Assembly (NCBI GenBank): GCA_040751795.1
Contig: JBFMHR010000001.1
Coordinates: forward strand, 32,001-96,000
Origin: Thermoplasmatota archaeon
GTDB taxonomy: Archaea > Thermoplasmatota > Thermoplasmata > UBA10834
Direction: 5' to 3'
Length of the DNA stretch: 64,000 nucleotides
Below are positions 63,191 through 64,000 of the stretch, piece by piece; the first letter of the stretch is position 1, and every line of letters starts with the position of its first letter. The notes beneath the pieces were generated by a model. The model was not told where the DNA came from. It saw nothing but the letters and a program-made list of their open reading frames with translations, and did no database searches. The translations under genes and the position numbers were made by a program.

Positions 63191-64000
63191 TCACCCCCGT
63201 GCCCTGGGGCGCTCGTACACGATCTCCCCGCCGACCACGGTCTTCAGCACCACCGTGCCCGCGAGCGAGCCCGGGTCCGCGAACGGGTCCGACGACAGCA
63301 CGGCCATGTCGGCATGCTTCCCGACCGAGATGGTCCCCTTCGACGCCTCCTCGAAGGAGGCGTAGGCAGCCTCCCTGGTGTATGCCGCCACCGCCTCGTC
63401 CACCGTGACGCGCTGCGCCTCGTGAGGCGCATTCACCGCGGAGACCAGGCCGTACAGCGGCGAGAACGGCATGCAATCGGACCCGAAGACCATCCTCACC
63501 CCCGAGGCCAGGACCTCCTTGAATGGGTTGTTCCTCCTCGCGCGCGCCTCGCCCAGGCGGGCATAGTACATGCCGTTCGTGCCCCCCCATTCGCCGACGA
63601 AGTTGGGCTGCATCGAAGCGATGATCCTCGACCTGCGCATCCTGCGGAGGTGCTGGGGGGACGGGAGCTCGAGGTGCTCGATACGGTGCCTGTGGTCCCT
63701 CCTCTGGGATTCTGCCAGGGCCCCCTCAATCGACGATATCACTGCCTCGATGCCCATGTCCCCGATCGCGTGGACGACGAGCTGGATGTCGGCCTTGTTG
63801 GCCCTCGAGATGACCTCGTCCATCTCGTCCCCGTCCTGCATGAACATCCCGCTGTTCCCTGGGTCGTCGGCATATGGCTCCGACAGCGCCGCGGTCCTCG
63901 CGCCCAGCGCACCGTCGCAGAACAGTTTGACCCCTCCGATCCTGAGGAGGTCCGAGCCGAGCCCCGAGGACAAGGACAAGCGCACCATGGAGTCGAGCTC
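63191..64000 (-). CDS. YtcJ-like amidohydrolase (N-terminus beyond the window)
   Basis: KLFCDGALGARTA, HAIGD, RIEH, FGSD. Confidence 0.9.
   Translation of the reverse strand, partial: ELDSMVRLSLSSGLGSDLLRIGGVKLFCDGALGARTAALSEPYADDPGNSGMFMQDGDEMDEVISRANKADIQLVVHAIGDMGIEAVISSIEGALAESQRRDHRHRIEHLELPSPQHLRRMRRSRIIASMQPNFVGEWGGTNGMYYARLGEARARRNNPFKEVLASGVRMVFGSDCMPFSPLYGLVSAVNAPHEAQRVTVDEAVAAYTREAAYASFEEASKGTISVGKHADMAVLSSDPFADPGSLAGTVVLKTVVGGEIVYERPRARG

Noticed and set aside
356-63729. Many long antisense and alternative-frame ORFs (e.g. 57808-59748 minus, 29675-31300 minus)
   Set aside because: Expected shadows of high-GC codon usage over well-supported genes.

Overview
High-GC archaeal chromosomal segment. 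The type A RNase P RNA, pyruvoyl arginine decarboxylase, deoxyhypusine synthase, HdrA/MvhD and TATA promoters are archaeal; a Thermoplasmatota assignment is only tentative. The window opens with the end of a chemotaxis operon (cheB-cheA-cheC-cheD), followed by an unannotated RNase P RNA gene (rnpB, 3494-3815). An ~11.3-kb, visibly lower-GC integrative element sits in the 3' end of rnpB, bounded by a perfect 26-bp direct repeat (3790-3815 and 15070-15095). Its core is RHH protein, palindrome-rich spacer, wHTH-like protein, a divergent histone-fold protein with an H2A-like RxxxRH motif, and a tyrosine integrase whose SD and start codon can be locked in a long leader hairpin. Its cargo looks defensive: type II R-M, TIR, AlbA_2/Schlafen, two HEPN-like proteins, membrane proteins and two related micro-peptides. 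The rest is host genes: a PKD/beta-propeller surface protein, amino-acid/polyamine metabolism, MoxR-vWA, GNATs, sdhCDAB, two GAF histidine kinases, ADP-forming acyl-CoA ligase and CBS-CBS-hdrA-mvhD/hdrD. A candidate pseudoknotted leader RNA precedes a 41-aa ORF at ~53.5 kb. All calls are by-eye motif and base-pairing recognition; no database searches or folding programs were run.
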